Positions 38,585 to 47,939 are shown, counted from the first letter of the stretch. The stretch is 64,000 nt of DNA from Gemmatimonadales bacterium (GCA_038203795.1 JBBRDP010000001.1:1024-65023); one strand, 5' to 3'. Notes: generated from the sequence alone by a model not told the origin. Numbers and translations: made by a program.

Positions 38585-39978
38585 TAAAAAGTTCTCCCAG
38601 TTCTATAAACCAACGTCGGCGCGATCCCCACGCCGAACAGCGAATCGGCCAGCAGCGAGGCCTGCGCGGGGGTCTGAAATGCGCCTGTATACAGCGTAAC
38701 CGAGCCGCTGGTCTGGCGCAGCGCATACGCACGAATTCCGCGTTGCGCCCAGCGCGCGATGGCCTCGCCGGAGGCAACTACTGTGACGCCTTCTTCAAGA
38801 CGGAACGCATACGGCACGCGGATGATACTGCCTGAGGTCGCGGCGCCAAACTGTTCGGCGTCGCGCAACCGCTTGAGCATGGCCACCGCCTGCGCGCTAT
38901 CGGTGCCCGCTCCCACGGTCACGCGGAACCACTGCGCGCCGTCGGCACCCAGACGAACCGGCGAAATGGCCACGGCCGCCAGCACGTCGACTTGTTCGGG
39001 CGGTTTGGCTTCTTCGATGGTGTTTGCGGCCACAAAATACACCGCGAAGGCCGCCGCTTGCGCCGAGTCGGCCGGGTTGCTCACGACCAGCGCGCCCGCG
39101 CGACTACGCGGGATCGCCGGTGCGACGCGCGTGAGACTGTCCTCCGCTGCGGCGCTGCTGTCATTGGCCACCACGCCAATCGGTGCGTCGACGGCAATCG
39201 TGCCGGCTGCGGTTTCGACCGCGTCACCGCTGTCCGACGGCACCGCATCGGCGGAAGCGATCGCTGCCGTCGGGAAGAATCGTGCCTGAATCGTGGGCCA
39301 CGCGAGCAAGCCGAGCCACATCACGGCGGCCGCAGCCGCGAGCGAAGCCAGCAGGCGGCTCTGTCGCTGCTTGCCATCGACCGTCGCTTCTACACGCGCG
39401 CGCTCGACCTTGCGTACCACCTCAACGGGCGGCGGTGGCGGCGCAATCCAGAGCGTGTGCACATTCGCGATGGACGGTGCGACCGACTCACCAACCGGCA
39501 GCAATGCGCCGACGTACTGGCACAACGCATCGAATCCCGGGACGTCCCGCACCGCCACGACCAGCAACAACGCGCCCACTTGCTGAAAGCCGGCAGCGAG
39601 TTTCCGCCAGCGATCATTGCGATAGACCGCCTCGAGAGCGACCGCCTCGGTTCCGCTGGGCATGAGAAACACATTGCCCGTGGCATCGATCGGTTTGGCG
39701 ATGCGATTGAGGGATACGCCGTACAAGAAGCTGTCTGCGATACCATGAGGATCGTCATCATCGCCCACGACCGCGTCGCGAAGCGGCGCCACGTCGCCAA
39801 CGAGGTCGGCGATGGCCACACGACGTGTTGCCCCGTGCAGCTGCGCCAACGCCAGCGCCACGGACGCGGCCGCGATCACGTCGGGGCCGCTCACCACGAC
39901 GGCGAACTGCCCTTCGAGCAGCGGGGCCAGTCGACGTGCTTCAGCGTCGATCCAGCTGCGGTCCAAGGGTGCGGTCAT
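38584..39978 (-). CDS. hypothetical membrane protein: degenerate ParA/MinD-like N-domain, one TM helix, SPOR-like C-terminal region
   Basis: The N-terminus FAVVVSGPDVIAAASVALALAQL occupies the position of a deviant Walker A but lacks GK[ST]. TM helix LLASLAAAAAVMWLGLLAW. C-terminus (FAVYFVAANTIEEAK.., WFRVTVGAGTDSAQAVAMLKRL, VTLYTGAFQTPAQASLLADSL) is SPOR-like. Its start is coupled to the upstream gene (ATGA), and its TAG overlaps the smc GTG by 1 nt. Confidence 0.5.
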   Translation of the reverse strand: MTAPLDRSWIDAEARRLAPLLEGQFAVVVSGPDVIAAASVALALAQLHGATRRVAIADLVGDVAPLRDAVVGDDDDPHGIADSFLYGVSLNRIAKPIDATGNVFLMPSGTEAVALEAVYRNDRWRKLAAGFQQVGALLLVVAVRDVPGFDALCQYVGALLPVGESVAPSIANVHTLWIAPPPPPVEVVRKVERARVEATVDGKQRQSRLLASLAAAAAVMWLGLLAWPTIQARFFPTAAIASADAVPSDSGDAVETAAGTIAVDAPIGVVANDSSAAAEDSLTRVAPAIPRSRAGALVVSNPADSAQAAAFAVYFVAANTIEEAKPPEQVDVLAAVAISPVRLGADGAQWFRVTVGAGTDSAQAVAMLKRLRDAEQFGAATSGSIIRVPYAFRLEEGVTVVASGEAIARWAQRGIRAYALRQTSGSVTLYTGAFQTPAQASLLADSLFGVGIAPTLVYRTGRTF

Positions 39979-41501
39979 GGCGCACCCTCGAAAACCCAGT
40001 AACTGCGGCCGCTGGCCTTCCCGATGCGCTCAGCGTCCTCCCGGGTGGGGTAGGGGCCGAGCACCACGCGAAAGAGCGTCCGATCATCACGCACGGTCGT
40101 GGCAATGCGGGGAACACGGCCATCCACGGAGATACCCGCAGCCGCCTCTCGTGCCAGCTCCTCCGTCAACACGGCGGCAAACTGCACGGTGAACACGACG
40201 GTGCGCACACGCGCGGGAGCGTTGCGACGATCGTCGGCGACAGTTGGCGGAACGTTCGAGACCCGGCCAGCCGTGTCGCTCGCCCTCGCGCTATCACTCC
40301 CGTTGCCATCGAGTGTCCCCGCGACCTCGCCGGAACCGGCGAGGCCGCCACTGGAGGCACGAAAGCGGACGGGCTCGTCGAGTCCCTTGGCACGCGGGCG
40401 AAAGCCATTCCATCGCATGGCGAACCAGGAATCCCGCGCGCCATCGGGAATCGTGCGTACGACGCCCAGATCAATCGTCGACGTGAATGACACGGTATCG
40501 CCCGCGACGAGCGCCACGACGCCGTCCGGTAGCACGAGCGGCAAATCGCCGCGCCATTCCGTTTTGACTTCTCCCACCACCTCGGCCGTGCCCACATCAA
40601 CAATCCACGCGACGTTGCCTTCGCCGCGCACCAGCAGCACCCGGCCGAGCGGATCCATGCGCAGCGCGGTCGGATTTCCCGGCAGCTCCACCTTGCTTAC
40701 CACGCGACCCTCGAACCGGTCAACCACGCGGACCTCACGTTCGTCGCGCACCAAGACGAACACGCGGTCGCCACTCGGCGACGTGACGAGCGACCGCACG
40801 GGCGCGCCCACGTCTACGTCGACATCCTGCACGAAGTCGCGCGTACGCAGCGCAATCACACGCGAGCCCGTCGACAGAAACATGCGATCCCCGATGGTCA
40901 CACCGTGCACACTGCCGGCATCGGTGTCCCCGACGATGTGCAGCGAGTCCACGACGGTGGTATCGGGCGGGCGAACGCGACGCAGCGTGACGCCGTCTGC
41001 GACCGCTTCGGCAATCACCAGCGATCCATCGAGCAGCGGGATCAGTGCGGCCGGGGCAACACGCGGCCTGAACGTCCAGCGATCACCAACGGGCGTGTAC
41101 CGGGCCACGTCGCCATCAGCGTTCACCGCGTACATCACGGCGCCATCGGCTGACGCGTGCATCACGGCCCCTTCTGCGCCCGGTATCGCCACGGCGCCCA
41201 AGCGCAGATCGAGACGAACCGGTCGTCCTACGGTGTCCACCGCCGACAGATAGCCGTCGTCCGGATTGAAGCCGAGCACGCGCGCCAGCGGCGGCAGGCG
41301 ATAGCTGGATCGCCACACCACCGAGTCGAGCGCGGGATAGGAAAGCGCGGAGACGAGCCCACCGCTGCGCGAAACACGCAGTACGATGGGGTCGGGGCCG
41401 GCGGGAATGGAGGCGAAGGCGCCGGTGCTGGCGGGGCGTTCCGACCGATCGGCACAGCCAGCTACCAGCAGGACCAGCGCCCACGCGAGAAGCGTGCGCA
41501 T
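39975..41501 (-). CDS. lipoprotein with beta-propeller-like repeats and C-terminal SPOR domain
   Basis: Lipobox LLVAGC. Repetitive beta-strand-rich middle. The C-terminal FTVQFAAVLTEELAREAAAGISVDG..LFRVVLGPYPTREDAERIGKASGRSYWVF matches the SPOR (septal peptidoglycan-binding) pattern. Confidence 0.6.
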   Translation of the reverse strand: MRTLLAWALVLLVAGCADRSERPASTGAFASIPAGPDPIVLRVSRSGGLVSALSYPALDSVVWRSSYRLPPLARVLGFNPDDGYLSAVDTVGRPVRLDLRLGAVAIPGAEGAVMHASADGAVMYAVNADGDVARYTPVGDRWTFRPRVAPAALIPLLDGSLVIAEAVADGVTLRRVRPPDTTVVDSLHIVGDTDAGSVHGVTIGDRMFLSTGSRVIALRTRDFVQDVDVDVGAPVRSLVTSPSGDRVFVLVRDEREVRVVDRFEGRVVSKVELPGNPTALRMDPLGRVLLVRGEGNVAWIVDVGTAEVVGEVKTEWRGDLPLVLPDGVVALVAGDTVSFTSTIDLGVVRTIPDGARDSWFAMRWNGFRPRAKGLDEPVRFRASSGGLAGSGEVAGTLDGNGSDSARASDTAGRVSNVPPTVADDRRNAPARVRTVVFTVQFAAVLTEELAREAAAGISVDGRVPRIATTVRDDRTLFRVVLGPYPTREDAERIGKASGRSYWVFEGAP

Positions 41502-41578
41502 TCCCGAAAGCTACTGATAGAGGACGGCGGCGGGGTAGGGTCTCCCGCCGACCGACCTGCCAACGCACGTGACAAAAA

Positions 41579-44500
41579 TCAGTAGTTCGCGCCGAAGAAC
41601 CAGGTGCCGAATCCGCGTGACCCGGGACGAGCGATCGGGATGGCGTAGTCCCAGCGCAGGATGAGGACGCCAAACATATTCGCCCTGAAGCCGATGCCGT
41701 AGCTCTGCAGCACCGAGCGCACCTGGTTGGGATCGGTACCGGGCTGCGCGGTGAACGACAGCGCCTGCCCTTGATTCCAGGCAATCCCGGCATCGTAGAA
41801 CACGAGTCCTTCAACCGGCGGCAGACCAAAATAGCCGCCGTTCATGCCCCGACGCAGCACGGGAAAACGCAGCTCGGTATTCGTGAAGGCGATGCGGCTG
41901 CCCACGGCTTCATCGTCGGTGCACGAAACTCCCCCCGCGATCTGGCCGCAGCCCAATCCGACATTGCTCCGGTTGAACCCACGCACGAAATCAGGCCGTC
42001 CGAGCCACTTGCCAAACACCGCCTCATCGCGACCAACAGTGAGGCTGCCGGTGAATCGGGTGGCGAGCGTGAGATAGTTGAAGATGATCGGCTTGTACGC
42101 CCGTGCATCCACAAGGTAGTCGATCCATTGCCACGTCCCGATCTGCGGTGTGACTGCCACGCGTGCACGCCGCCCGGAAATGGGGCCCACCAAACCGTTC
42201 AACGTGTTGTCGGTGACGAATGCCAGCGTGGGCGCGATGGTATTCACCGATTGCAGGTTCCGTGTTTCGCCACGTTCCCACTCTGACGCGAATCCGGAGA
42301 TATCAACGACCCGGAAAAACGGGAAGGTCTGATAGTCGATGTTCGCAAAGCCCACGCCCAATTCCATGCGCGTGAAGCGGTTGAACGGATACAACGCCGT
42401 GGCCGAGACTTGCCGCTGTACCAGCCGGATCATATTCTGCGATTGCACAGCCTGTGTGGGGCTGATCTGCTCCTGGTCGAAGCCGCCACCGATGTAAAAC
42501 GGTTGCTGACCGGCCGAGAGACGATACTGCAGCCGGCGACCGAGGCTGGTGTAGCCAACGAAGAGCTGCGCATCACTGAGTTGCCCGTTGAGTCCACCGG
42601 CGATGGCGAGTTGGTGATCGCCCAACATATCGGCCAGGATGATCGTGGTGCTGCCGAACACGCCCTGTCCAAAACCGCCCGCCTGCGCCCCAACATTCGG
42701 CTGCGCGATGTACTCGGGCGTGAGGCGCGCCCGATAGCGATAGTTCTCCATCGCGGTCGTGTCAGGCAAGTTGAAATCGGCGCTGTCAAGCATCTGCTGC
42801 ACCGTGACCGGGCCGGCGCTGATGCGCGACGCCACAACCACCGGCATGTCGGACGAGACGCGTGTTCCGGTTCTCGGTGCGCGATAGTACGCGCGACGAG
42901 ACGCAGCGGTGTCGGAGGCGATGCCCATGGGCAGCGGCGCTGCACCGCTGATTGAACGCGGCGTGGCCGGGCGGGCAGGCTCAGTGCCAGCCGGTGCCGC
43001 TTCAGCGATCGCCACCGGCGCACGATACGGCTCCTTGCGCAGGCCGCGCGGATTATTGATGCGCCAAATCGTGTGGTCGCCCTTCTCGTAACTCACAAAC
43101 GCGAGCGCGTCAGCTTCACGCGCCCACGAAATCGCGGGGCTGTACTCTGCCACCGCCGTAATCGCGCCGATCACATTGGTCAGCTGGTAGTGCTCACGGC
43201 TCGCAATGTCGTACAGGAACAGGTTGGCCGTGCCCGTGCGATCGGAGATGAAGATCAGTGACCGACCGTCGGGCGCCCACTGCGGATTCACATTGAGCGC
43301 ATCCTGACCGGGAATCACGCGTACCGAGCCCGTCTCAACGTCCATGAGCGAAATCTTGAACTTGCCGAAGCGCAGCACCTCGAAGTCGGTGTCCGATCCA
43401 CGATCACTCGCAAACGCGATGGTGCGCCCGTCGGGTGACCACTGCGGCTGTGCGTCGCCGTGCAAATCGTCGTTCAGCTGTCGCACCCCGCTGCCATCAA
43501 CGTTCACCACCCACAAGTCGGTGATGCCCCCCGACAGACCGGAGAAAACGATGCGCTTGTTGTCTGGGGAGAACGACGGATTCAGCACCTGGTCTACCGG
43601 AGGTTCAATCCGTCGCACCACGCGCCGTCGTGCCACGTCCATGAGGTACATCACGTCCTTTCCACCCTTCTGCCCCGTGAAGGCGAGCAGCTTGCCGTCC
43701 TGCGAAAACGATGGCTGCGAGTAGATGAACCGCAGCTGTTCGAAATCGGGATTCGTGGTGGATTTGATCAGTCGCGCAATGCGCTCGCCCGTTTCGGCGT
43801 TCGCGAGATACAGATCGGGAAACACTTCACCGCGCAGCAGCGATCCATACGAAATGAAGCTGATCAGCTTGCCGTCCGGAGAGAGCGCCGGCGCCACGAA
43901 ATAGTTGGCGATACCGCCCGAACGGCGCTGCGACAACAGTGGCTGCGCAAACTCTCGCGGGCGATCATACAACGCGGCCGTCGTCAGATAGCGCTGCTTC
44001 ATGGCCTCGGTCCACTGCGCGCTCAGCTCATCGAGCCCCAGCCCGGTTTCGCGCCGGAAGGCACGATCGATGCCGACACTCGGGATGGCGTTCATGATCT
44101 CCGCGATGACATCGTCGCCCCACCGCTCGCCCACATACTGCCACACCGACAGGCCGTAGCGATACGGAAAGTACAAATCGGGGCGCTCCGTCATTTGCTG
44201 AATTGACGGCAGCGTGCTGTTGATCACCGCGTCTCGCACCCACGTGTTCGTCCACGGGTGCGTGGGGCCGATGGAGAAGTACTCGGCCATCCCTTCCATC
44301 ATCCACAGCGGGGGCTGCACCTGTGCCAGCGCGCCGATGTTCGCGCCCGCGCGGCCGCGCGAAAAAATGTCGTACTGAAACACGTGGACCATTTCGTGCT
44401 GGAACACGTGTTCAAAACTGTTCATGTCGCCAGTGAAGAACTGCGCCATGCGCTGCCGCAGAAAGTCGGTCACACCGCCGGTCCCTTCGCCCAGATCTCC

Positions 44501-44824
44501 GAACACGTTGCTTTGCGCGAAATCGGCCGAACTGCCATAGAGCAGAATGGGCTTTTTTTCGGCGAACTGATGCCCCATCAAACGCGAAAGCCGCGCATAG
44601 GACCGTTCGGCCATACGCGCGGCGATCTGCGCGACCTCTTCAACTTCCGGATAGTAGTGCACCAGGAAGTGCTCAGTCTCGATGACTTGCCACCGGAACT
44701 TGTCATACTGCACCTGATTCTGGCCGAAATACATCTGGGCCTGCGCCGGGGCGAGCGGGGCCGCCGCCGCAAGGGCGATCACCGCCCCGATTCGAACCGC
44801 ACGCTGTGATCTGGTTCGCAACAT
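41579..44824 (-). CDS. large outer-membrane protein: MA-peptidase-like N-domain + TolB-type PD40 beta-propeller repeats + Omp85/surface-antigen-like beta-barrel
   Basis: Signal peptide ..APLAPAQAQ. HEMVH within FEHVFQHEMVHVFQ..EGMAEYF. PD40 repeats (SPDGKLISFISY, SQDGKLLAFTG, SPDNKRIVFSG, WSPDGRTIAFASDR, WAPDGRSLIFISDR). C-terminal ~350 aa of alternating beta-strand sequence ending ..GTWFFGANY. Confidence 0.7.
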   Translation of the reverse strand: MLRTRSQRAVRIGAVIALAAAAPLAPAQAQMYFGQNQVQYDKFRWQVIETEHFLVHYYPEVEEVAQIAARMAERSYARLSRLMGHQFAEKKPILLYGSSADFAQSNVFGDLGEGTGGVTDFLRQRMAQFFTGDMNSFEHVFQHEMVHVFQYDIFSRGRAGANIGALAQVQPPLWMMEGMAEYFSIGPTHPWTNTWVRDAVINSTLPSIQQMTERPDLYFPYRYGLSVWQYVGERWGDDVIAEIMNAIPSVGIDRAFRRETGLGLDELSAQWTEAMKQRYLTTAALYDRPREFAQPLLSQRRSGGIANYFVAPALSPDGKLISFISYGSLLRGEVFPDLYLANAETGERIARLIKSTTNPDFEQLRFIYSQPSFSQDGKLLAFTGQKGGKDVMYLMDVARRRVVRRIEPPVDQVLNPSFSPDNKRIVFSGLSGGITDLWVVNVDGSGVRQLNDDLHGDAQPQWSPDGRTIAFASDRGSDTDFEVLRFGKFKISLMDVETGSVRVIPGQDALNVNPQWAPDGRSLIFISDRTGTANLFLYDIASREHYQLTNVIGAITAVAEYSPAISWAREADALAFVSYEKGDHTIWRINNPRGLRKEPYRAPVAIAEAAPAGTEPARPATPRSISGAAPLPMGIASDTAASRRAYYRAPRTGTRVSSDMPVVVASRISAGPVTVQQMLDSADFNLPDTTAMENYRYRARLTPEYIAQPNVGAQAGGFGQGVFGSTTIILADMLGDHQLAIAGGLNGQLSDAQLFVGYTSLGRRLQYRLSAGQQPFYIGGGFDQEQISPTQAVQSQNMIRLVQRQVSATALYPFNRFTRMELGVGFANIDYQTFPFFRVVDISGFASEWERGETRNLQSVNTIAPTLAFVTDNTLNGLVGPISGRRARVAVTPQIGTWQWIDYLVDARAYKPIIFNYLTLATRFTGSLTVGRDEAVFGKWLGRPDFVRGFNRSNVGLGCGQIAGGVSCTDDEAVGSRIAFTNTELRFPVLRRGMNGGYFGLPPVEGLVFYDAGIAWNQGQALSFTAQPGTDPNQVRSVLQSYGIGFRANMFGVLILRWDYAIPIARPGSRGFGTWFFGANY

Positions 44825-45205
44825 TTACCTGGCCCCCTGGGGAACGGGCTCCATCGTCAATGGTATCGCGTCGCCCCACAGCCGCTCGAGCTGGTAGAAC
44901 TGGCGCATGGCCGGATGGAACACATGAACAACACAATCCACAAAATCGAGCAACGCCCACCGGCCCTGCGTGAGCCCTTCGCTCTGATGCACGGGCATCC
45001 CCTCATGCTTCATCTCTTCCATCACGTGCTGAGCGACAGAACGCACGTGTGTGTCGGAAGTGCCGCTGGCGATCACGAAGAAGTCCGCCATATCGGTAAC
45101 TCCCCGGAGGTCCAGAATGACTACATCGTTGGCTTTCAGCTCACTCGCGAGCGCAGCGGCGCGACGAGCCAGCGATTCAGATTGCGACGGCGACTTTTTA
45201 GCCAT
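44825..45205 (-). CDS. rsfS: ribosome silencing factor RsfS (Iojap family)
   Basis: DVVILDLRGVTDMADFFVIASGTSDTHVRSVAQHV..WALLDFVDCVVHVFHPAMRQFYQLERLWGDA. Confidence 0.9.
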   Translation of the reverse strand: MAKKSPSQSESLARRAAALASELKANDVVILDLRGVTDMADFFVIASGTSDTHVRSVAQHVMEEMKHEGMPVHQSEGLTQGRWALLDFVDCVVHVFHPAMRQFYQLERLWGDAIPLTMEPVPQGAR

Positions 45206-45387
45206 GTGCTCGGAGAACGAGGAATATCTTCAAAAACTATACCCGGGAAACGCATAAAAAGTGCCCGACATCCAGGCAGGGTTGGTTCGCGCTGGCCCCG
45301 TGGGAACTACACGCTCGCCTTGAACGACCCTATGCGGATTCGCTTCGCGGATCACGGGCACGCACAGCCAATAACCGGCAGACGGTA

Positions 45388-45450
45388 CCAATAAACAGCG
45401 ACGCGGCCAGGACGGACCGTCGGATGACCGACGGCAGTCCTGGCCGCGTC
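45388..45450 (-). terminator. candidate rho-independent terminator after rplI
   Basis: 14-bp outer stem GACGCGGCCAGGAC/GTCCTGGCCGCGTC (45400-45413 / 45437-45450) with an inner CCGTCGG/CCGACGG stem. On the (-) strand it is followed by GCTGTTTATTGG. Confidence 0.5.
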
Positions 45451-45505
45451 TGCAGACTTCCCATGCAGCATGGCCGAAGGAGGGATCACGCCCCCCGCAC
45501 GGGGC

Positions 45506-45949
45506 TTACTGCTTGATGATCCACACCTTGATCTCAGGCTTCACGTCGGCGTGCAGACGAATGGCCACACGGTAGACGCCCAGCGCCTTGATCGGCTCCA
45601 CGAGCTCAATCTGACGACGCTCGACCTTGAAGCCCTGCGCCTCGAGCTGATGCGCGATGTCCGCAGCCGTGACCGACCCGAACAACTTGCCTTCTTCGCC
45701 CACGCGCGCGGAGAACGTCACCGATACGTCGGCGAACTGGGCGGCCACTTCTTCGGCGGCCTTGATGCGCTCAGCCTCGGCCGCGATCAGACGCGTACGC
45801 TCCTGCGCGATGCGCTTGAGGTTGCCCGGTGTTGCCTGGTACGCCAGACCGCGCGGGAGCAGAAAATTCCGGCCGTAGCCGGCCGACACAGTAACAACGT
45901 CGCCCGGATGTCCGAGCTTGTCGATGGCATTGCGAAGAATGACTTCCAT
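45506..45949 (-). CDS. rplI: 50S ribosomal protein L9
   Basis: MEVILRNAIDKLGHPGDVVTVSAGYGRNFLLPRGLA.., 147 aa. Confidence 0.95.
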   Translation of the reverse strand: MEVILRNAIDKLGHPGDVVTVSAGYGRNFLLPRGLAYQATPGNLKRIAQERTRLIAAEAERIKAAEEVAAQFADVSVTFSARVGEEGKLFGSVTAADIAHQLEAQGFKVERRQIELVEPIKALGVYRVAIRLHADVKPEIKVWIIKQ

Positions 45950-45979
45950 GGTAACTCCAGGCTGACGCGAATCAGCCGA

Positions 45980-47089
45980 TCAGGGGCGAGCATCTGGTCG
46001 CAGCGGACGAGCCGAGCGACGAAAGTCACGCCAGGTGTCACCCAGTCCGAGGCCTAGCGCCAGAACGGCGACGGTCGCGAGGACCAGGACAGGACCGAGC
46101 AGCGGAATACATACAAGCAACAGCAACAACGGCACGACCGCAAAACGATCGGGGAGCCACCATAGCAGCACCGCCACACCGCGCAGCACATACAGCGCGC
46201 CGAAGACGACCAACAAATTCACACCGAGCGTTCGCCAGGCGCTGAGCGATGGCAAGAGCACCAACGTGGCTCCTGCGACCAACCCCCACACGAACTGATC
46301 GTTGAACCGAAACGCCGAAAGCGCCGCCAGAGGCGGACCCAACCGAACGCGTACCAAGCGATGCCACAATGACCACGCCAACGCCAACGCGGCCAACGAT
46401 TCGAGCACCAACAGCGATGGAACCACTACCGTGGGCGGTGGCGATGACGCAACCCACGCCACCGTCTGCTCCGCCGTTCGAGCCACGCCGGGCACTCGAT
46501 TCGCCAACGCCGACCACGCCTCGCTCGACACCCGATCCCGCCAGACACCGAGCGCCTTATCGCGACGTTCATCGAGTGCCCGATCGAAACTCAGGCTGAG
46601 TCTCGACAAGGCCTCACCGGGCGTGCGGTCACGCCACGACGCCAGCAACACCGTCATCGCTCCGGCCAGCACAATCGCCGACAATGCGCGAACGAACAGC
46701 GAGCGAGCCCCCGACATCATGCACAACCAGCCAAAGCAGGCCGTCACCAAGAGCGTCCAGCCGTGCGAGAACGCACTGACCGCCCCCGTGTCTGCGGGAC
46801 CGCGCCACACCAGCCACACCAGAAAAACAGCGGCCAGCACGGCCGGAAGCAGTTTTCCACCTCGCGTCCAACTGGCCAAGGCACAGGCACTGATGCCAGC
46901 CAGCAAGAGCACTCCGAACGACTCGACCGGCAGGAGCCACCGCACCAACACCGCGATGAGCGACAAGGACGGCGGCCACTGCGACACGAACGACACTGTC
47001 ATCGCACCGACCAGTGCGAGGATCAGCCATCGCCACCCGCGCTCACGTGGCGCTGTGACGAGCGGCGGACCCTCCACCGCCGTGTTCAC
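45980..47089 (-). CDS. polytopic membrane protein of unknown function (possibly DUF2232/YybS-like)
   Basis: About 9-10 hydrophobic helices. GTG start 1 nt after the rpsR stop. Its position between rpsR and rplI parallels yybS in Firmicutes, but the family call is by synteny and topology only. Confidence 0.5.
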   Translation of the reverse strand: MNTAVEGPPLVTAPRERGWRWLILALVGAMTVSFVSQWPPSLSLIAVLVRWLLPVESFGVLLLAGISACALASWTRGGKLLPAVLAAVFLVWLVWRGPADTGAVSAFSHGWTLLVTACFGWLCMMSGARSLFVRALSAIVLAGAMTVLLASWRDRTPGEALSRLSLSFDRALDERRDKALGVWRDRVSSEAWSALANRVPGVARTAEQTVAWVASSPPPTVVVPSLLVLESLAALALAWSLWHRLVRVRLGPPLAALSAFRFNDQFVWGLVAGATLVLLPSLSAWRTLGVNLLVVFGALYVLRGVAVLLWWLPDRFAVVPLLLLLVCIPLLGPVLVLATVAVLALGLGLGDTWRDFRRSARPLRPDARP

Positions 47090-47090
47090 C

Positions 47091-47312
47091 TCAGCCCTGC
47101 TGACCCTTCACGTAGGGAAGCAACGCCAGGAAACGCGCCTTCTTGATGGCCTTGGATAGCTGACGCTGGTGGCGCGCATCAACGCCGCTCAACCGGCTCG
47201 GCAGGATCTTGCCATAGTCGGTGATAAAACGGGCGAGCAGGCGATCGTCCTTGTAATCCACAAACCGAATGCCGGCCTCCGTAATGGGGCAGGGCTTCTT
47301 GGGGCGGCGCAT
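47091..47312 (-). CDS. rpsR: 30S ribosomal protein S18
   Basis: [60 protein letters not shown]. Confidence 0.95.
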   Translation of the reverse strand: MRRPKKPCPITEAGIRFVDYKDDRLLARFITDYGKILPSRLSGVDARHQRQLSKAIKKARFLALLPYVKGQQG

Positions 47313-47704
47313 TATTCGTCATCCTCGTCGTCGTCGTCATCGGCGGCCGCACGCGCGGCCAGCTCTTCCTCGCTCAGCAGGGGCGCGCCGAGCACGTGCT
47401 CGATCAACGACACCATGTAGCGCACGATCGTGTCATCCAGCTTCAGCGCGCGTTCGAACTCGGGCAATGTACCCGGCGCCGCCTGCACTTTGGCAATCGC
47501 GTAGTAGCCCGCTTCGTGTCGGCCGATCTTGTAGGCCAGCTGACGACGGCCCCAATGCTCGATTTCGGCCGGCTCGGCAAGCTCAAGCAAGCCGTGATGC
47601 TTCTCGAGCTTCTCGGCGATCGCGGCGTCTTCAAGCGCCGAATCGATGATGTAAACGATCTCGTATGGACGCGTGGGCGCCATACGCATCTTGTGTGTAG
47701 CCAC
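47312..47704 (-). CDS. rpsF: 30S ribosomal protein S6 (acidic C-terminal tail)
   Basis: [33 protein letters not shown], tail [12 protein letters not shown]. Its TAA overlaps the rpsR ATG by 1 nt. The start may be the internal [10 protein letters not shown]. Confidence 0.9.
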   Translation of the reverse strand: MATHKMRMAPTRPYEIVYIIDSALEDAAIAEKLEKHHGLLELAEPAEIEHWGRRQLAYKIGRHEAGYYAIAKVQAAPGTLPEFERALKLDDTIVRYMVSLIEHVLGAPLLSEEELAARAAADDDDDEDDE

Positions 47705-47903
47705 TCGGCAGTTCTCCCTATGGACGTGACCGGTTCGGTCGGTTGGCCCCCCGGGGCTGCCGGATTCCGGGAGGAGGGTACCTCAGCTGAATGCTGCTGG
47801 TAACCAATAGCCCCGTAAGTTAGGCAGACCGGGAAGGCGGCACAAGGCAGGCCGGGCGAGGCGCGGGTGCGGCCGTCCTCCTGCCTCACGACGCCCGGCC
47901 ACC

Positions 47904-47939
47904 GCTTGATTCGGCGCTTGGTTCGGCGCTTGGTTCGCC
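47904..47939. repeat. 12-bp tandem repeat x3 in a non-coding spacer
   Basis: GCTTGATTCGGC GCTTGGTTCGGC GCTTGGTTCGCC, located between the stop of the lipoprotein gene (47970) and the rpsF upstream region. Confidence 0.8.
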
